64,000 nucleotides of DNA from a virus. A program made the translations under genes and the position numbers. Shown piece after piece: positions 61,625 through 64,000 of this stretch (position 1 is the stretch's first letter; each line of letters starts with the position of its first letter). The notes beneath the pieces were generated by a model. The model was not told where the DNA came from, ran no database searches, and saw nothing but the letters and a program-made list of their open reading frames with translations. Where the stretch lies: the IMG/VR virus record IMGVR_UViG_3300043811_000226, one strand, 5' to 3'.

Positions 61625-62307
61625 GCAGCGTCTCCAACGTCCAAGATAGACCATCTGCCGCCGCGCCCTGGACCGTAAAGCATCCACGCGTACTCCGTGG
61701 CATCGGTCGTACTGATGGTGACTGGGAAGCCGCAGAGGGGGCAGCCCTCGGGCCGCGGCGCCTCGATGGGCAGGATCTCCTCGTAAGTGCAGCCGTACTT
61801 CTTACGCTGCGAGCACTTCACGCTCATCACGAACTCGGGGCGCTTCGAGAGCACGAAGATGTCCGCCGGGTGCGCGATGTGGAACTTCGCCCTCTTGTCG
61901 CTGCCGAGGAAGTTCAGGCGCAAGAGAAAGGCTGCATGTGCATGAGGTAGCATCCTGAAATACATCTCGATGAACTGCCGCGCCAAACTGTATGGAGGGT
62001 TGGTGCAAACGCGCGTGGCACCTATCCACAACGTCGGCCGTTCTAAAGCATCACCAGGCAGGACCTCATAGCCTCTGCTCCCCGCAGTCGCCGCGCGTCC
62101 CTCATTCAGCTCGATGCCCTGCGCACGACAAGAACCGTAATCAGAATGAACCACGTCGAGAACAGCGCCCGTTCCGCAGCACGGGTCCAGCACAACGTGC
62201 TCCTCACCTGGCGTCAATAGGTACGGCAGGATGGCGCGTGTGCACCACGCCGGCGTGGAGTAGAAGTCGTCAGCCTGCCGTACGTCGCTGCGCCCTGTTG
62301 CGCTCAC
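61621..62307 (-). CDS. N6-adenine (or N4-cytosine) DNA methyltransferase
   Basis: DFYSTP, LDPCCGTG (motif I), TNPPY (motif IV), EYAW. Confidence 0.88.
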   Translation of the reverse strand: MSATGRSDVRQADDFYSTPAWCTRAILPYLLTPGEEHVVLDPCCGTGAVLDVVHSDYGSCRAQGIELNEGRAATAGSRGYEVLPGDALERPTLWIGATRVCTNPPYSLARQFIEMYFRMLPHAHAAFLLRLNFLGSDKRAKFHIAHPADIFVLSKRPEFVMSVKCSQRKKYGCTYEEILPIEAPRPEGCPLCGFPVTISTTDATEYAWMLYGPGRGGRWSILDVGDAA

Positions 62308-62807
62308 TTGGGTGCCGTGACCTCGCTGTACTTGAACTCACCCTTGTTCCGGATGACGTTCTGGAGGATGGCGACGAGGCGATCCTTGTCATCTCTGTAC
62401 GTAGTGAACCAAGGCTCTAATCGGTTCTCGAAAGCGAGCTCCATGAAATCGATCTGGACAGGCGTGAAGTAGTCGGTCAGCTGGTCGTCGCTGTAGTCAG
62501 CCAGATCTCTCACCGTGACGTTGTTGAACCGCACCGCCTTGGCGACAAGTAGCGCACCCTTCGCGCACACTATGCACGCACCGAGGACAACGTCACGTGC
62601 TTGCTTACGAGAGCCGTCCTCGCTGAAAGCATCTGGGCCATTCGCCTTGTGGAAGATGTCCAGACCGATCGTGTTCACGTACACGCCCTTCGTCGGGACG
62701 AGTGCGCCGGCCTCGATCCACTTGAGCGCGTCTTTGGCCATCGCCACCCGCTTCTCGGCAGGCGTCATGTTGTCGAACTTCGCGTTGTTCTTCTCGGTCC
62801 TCGTCAT
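62304..62807 (-). CDS. Hypothetical protein
   Basis: MTRTEK start after the conserved motif; C.VCAKG; RLVAILQNVIRNKG.F. Confidence 0.75.
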   Translation of the reverse strand: MTRTEKNNAKFDNMTPAEKRVAMAKDALKWIEAGALVPTKGVYVNTIGLDIFHKANGPDAFSEDGSRKQARDVVLGACIVCAKGALLVAKAVRFNNVTVRDLADYSDDQLTDYFTPVQIDFMELAFENRLEPWFTTYRDDKDRLVAILQNVIRNKGEFKYSEVTAPK

Positions 62808-62817
62808 GGCTGCAGTG

Positions 62818-62836
62818 CCTCCACGTTTCTTATACC
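62818..62836 (-). promoter_or_regulatory. Conserved promoter+RBS motif GGTATAAGAAACGTGGAGG
   Basis: 10 nt before ATG 62807; variant of the 56041 and 61114 copies. Confidence 0.65.
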
Positions 62837-63132
62837 CGCCGGGTACGTACAACCTGCGGTCGGCGCTTGCCGGCCGAGTCGTACCACTTGCCCTTGAGCA
62901 GGCCTAGCTTCTTCGCTTCGTTGTGCCGCCAGCCGTGACACCACTTCACCTCGCGTGGACCACCAACCCCGTTCCAGCGCGCCGTGCAGTTCTCTCCAGG
63001 CCTGGCTCCGCAGACAGGGCACGCTACTCGCCTCACGCGCGAGAGCAGGTCCTTGTTGTATTCGGCGAGCTTCAAGCGAAGCCCGCGGGACATGATGGCC
63101 ATCAGCGGTAGTGCCTGCGACCGCATCCACAA
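62830..63132 (-). CDS. Small zinc-finger protein
   Basis: CPVCGARPGENC...H..R; start uncertain. Confidence 0.6.
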   Translation of the reverse strand: MWMRSQALPLMAIMSRGLRLKLAEYNKDLLSRVRRVACPVCGARPGENCTARWNGVGGPREVKWCHGWRHNEAKKLGLLKGKWYDSAGKRRPQVVRTRRV

Positions 63133-63287
63133 ACGATGACGCGATCAGCTTCGCAGAGGCGCTTGCGCTTCACGCCCTTGCCAGTTGGCGGACCCCACTC
63201 GTGCAAGTAACCGCATTTGCCGCAGCGGAAGCGCCTGGAGCCACGTGGGTCATGTACTTCTGCGTCTCCCACCTCCATGCGCGGCAT
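63102..63287 (-). CDS. Small zinc-ribbon protein
   Basis: CGKC...CGCG. Confidence 0.6.
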   Translation of the reverse strand: MPRMEVGDAEVHDPRGSRRFRCGKCGYLHEWGPPTGKGVKRKRLCEADRVIVCGCGRRHYR

Positions 63288-63583
63288 CAGACCTCCACTC
63301 CCAACTTCTTGGCTCTTTCCAGCGCCTCGTCCAAGTACTTCTGCTGGCCAGCGAGGTGCTCACGCGCGCTGGCCACGTTCTTCTTCACCTCGCAGACGCG
63401 ACAGAGGCTCTGACCACCGAGTCGCGAGACGCCAGTGCCTCCGCACTCGATGCACGTGCAGCAGAGCTCGGCGAACCGCTTGTGAATGTCGACGCCGTCC
63501 TTGATGTACGGCTTGGGAGGCTTGGGGAACGTCTTGCCGCACGTTCCACAGGCCCACGCCCTGACGACCAACGGCGCGGTCAC
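63287..63583 (-). CDS. Zinc-finger protein
   Basis: GTG 63583; CGTC, CCTCIEC, CRVC. Confidence 0.6.
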   Translation of the reverse strand: MTAPLVVRAWACGTCGKTFPKPPKPYIKDGVDIHKRFAELCCTCIECGGTGVSRLGGQSLCRVCEVKKNVASAREHLAGQQKYLDEALERAKKLGVEV

Positions 63584-63702
63584 CAGGACACCCACTTCGT
63601 CAGTAGCCAGAACAACGTGCCCACCACAACACACGATCCGATGTGGCAGAGCGCGAGCTGGCTGTAGAACCGCTCTCGCCCGGTCATCAGAAGAGCTTCC
63701 AT
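63580..63702 (-). CDS. Small membrane peptide (40 aa)
   Basis: MEALLMTGRERFYSQLALCHIGSCVVVGTLFWLLTKWVSW; stop overlaps next GTG. Confidence 0.45.
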   Translation of the reverse strand: MEALLMTGRERFYSQLALCHIGSCVVVGTLFWLLTKWVSW

Positions 63703-64000
63703 GGAGGCAGCTCCGAGAGGAACCCCGCTGAGTTCTTGTGCCCACCGCCCCCGTAGATGCGGGCGATGTCCGAGACGTCGACTGCGCTCGTCGCACTCGA
63801 GCGTAGCGAGTAGACGAACTTGCCGTCGGCACGCTGGTACCAGCCGACCGAGAAGGCCTCCTTCTCTGCGAGCTTCTGCAATAGCTCGCTGATGTTGATG
63901 TACGGCGCATTGACGATGGGCATGTGCGAGCCGCAGATGGTGACCTTCTGCACGATGGCGGACATCTCCTCGACGTAGCGGTCGAGGGCGGTGAGCACGG
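63687..64000 (-). CDS. DHH-family phosphoesterase, C-terminal DHHA1 domain (5' part outside window)
   Basis: YSLRS...VDVSDIARIYGGGGHKNSAGF. Confidence 0.88.
   Translation of the reverse strand, partial: VLTALDRYVEEMSAIVQKVTICGSHMPIVNAPYINISELLQKLAEKEAFSVGWYQRADGKFVYSLRSSATSAVDVSDIARIYGGGGHKNSAGFLSELPPWKLF

Larger units (their letters stand above)
1..64000. mobile_element. Fragment of a large tailed bacteriophage genome (contractile-tail-type baseplate; host unknown)
   Basis: Strand-coherent replication operon, baseplate/tail-fibre operon and dense small-ORF array; overlapping ATGA/GTGA junctions; no cellular operons. No capsid, terminase or integrase in window. Confidence 0.95.

Noticed and set aside
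1-64000. tRNA, rRNA or tmRNA genes
   Set aside because: GGTTCGA-like T-loop strings (e.g. ~3952, ~26089, ~28964, ~44472) fall inside coding regions with no cloverleaf context; no long non-coding gap is available. tRNAscan was not run.
76-64000. Stop-codon reassignment (alternative genetic code)
   Set aside because: Conserved enzymes are full length in the standard code, and TAG, TGA and TAA all terminate genes at sensible positions.
40220-64000. Integrase, repressor or att site indicating a prophage
   Set aside because: No tyrosine or serine recombinase motifs, no CI-like HTH-peptidase gene and no host-phage junction seen.

Overview
The whole window is a fragment of a large, GC-rich (roughly 60-70% by eye) tailed dsDNA phage genome. 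No host housekeeping operon, integrase, attachment site, tRNA, rRNA or CRISPR array is visible. It has three blocks. (1) 76-16079, + strand: DNA replication/recombination operon with SF2 helicase, family-4 UDG, DnaB-like helicase, primase, Cys-rich SSB-like protein, family-A DNA polymerase, HU-like protein, RecA-like recombinase, two resolvase-like nucleases and a Cas4-like exonuclease, ending at a strong UUCG terminator. (2) 16121-40219, - strand: baseplate/tail-fibre module of contractile-tail type (gp25-like, very large baseplate-J-like, wedge, beta-helix tailspike, Gly-rich fibre, ~46x20-aa repeat protein). Inserted among these are an SCP2 lipid-binding-domain gene, a stand-alone InPase-domain gene, an EndoVII-type endonuclease, a thyX cassette and an antisense Zn-finger gene. 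(3) 40304-64000, mostly - strand: a dense array of small accessory genes including RNase HII, HAD 5'-nucleotidase, MazG-like protein, a lipoprotein/GH25-like hydrolase/membrane-protein lysis-like trio, DEDD exonuclease, spermidine-synthase-like SAM protein, YkgJ-like Cys-cluster protein, GNAT-like protein, a second EndoVII endonuclease, an N6-adenine methyltransferase and a truncated DHH phosphoesterase. Capsid, portal, terminase, sheath and tape-measure genes are not in the window. The most unusual signals are the SCP2 gene in the baseplate operon, a candidate -1 frameshift (G GGA AAA) at the end of the replication operon, a ~96-bp AT-recoded patch exactly over polymerase motif B, and a recurrent GGNATAAG(AAGCATGGAGG) promoter-like motif. 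All product calls come from motif recognition by eye; no database search was run.
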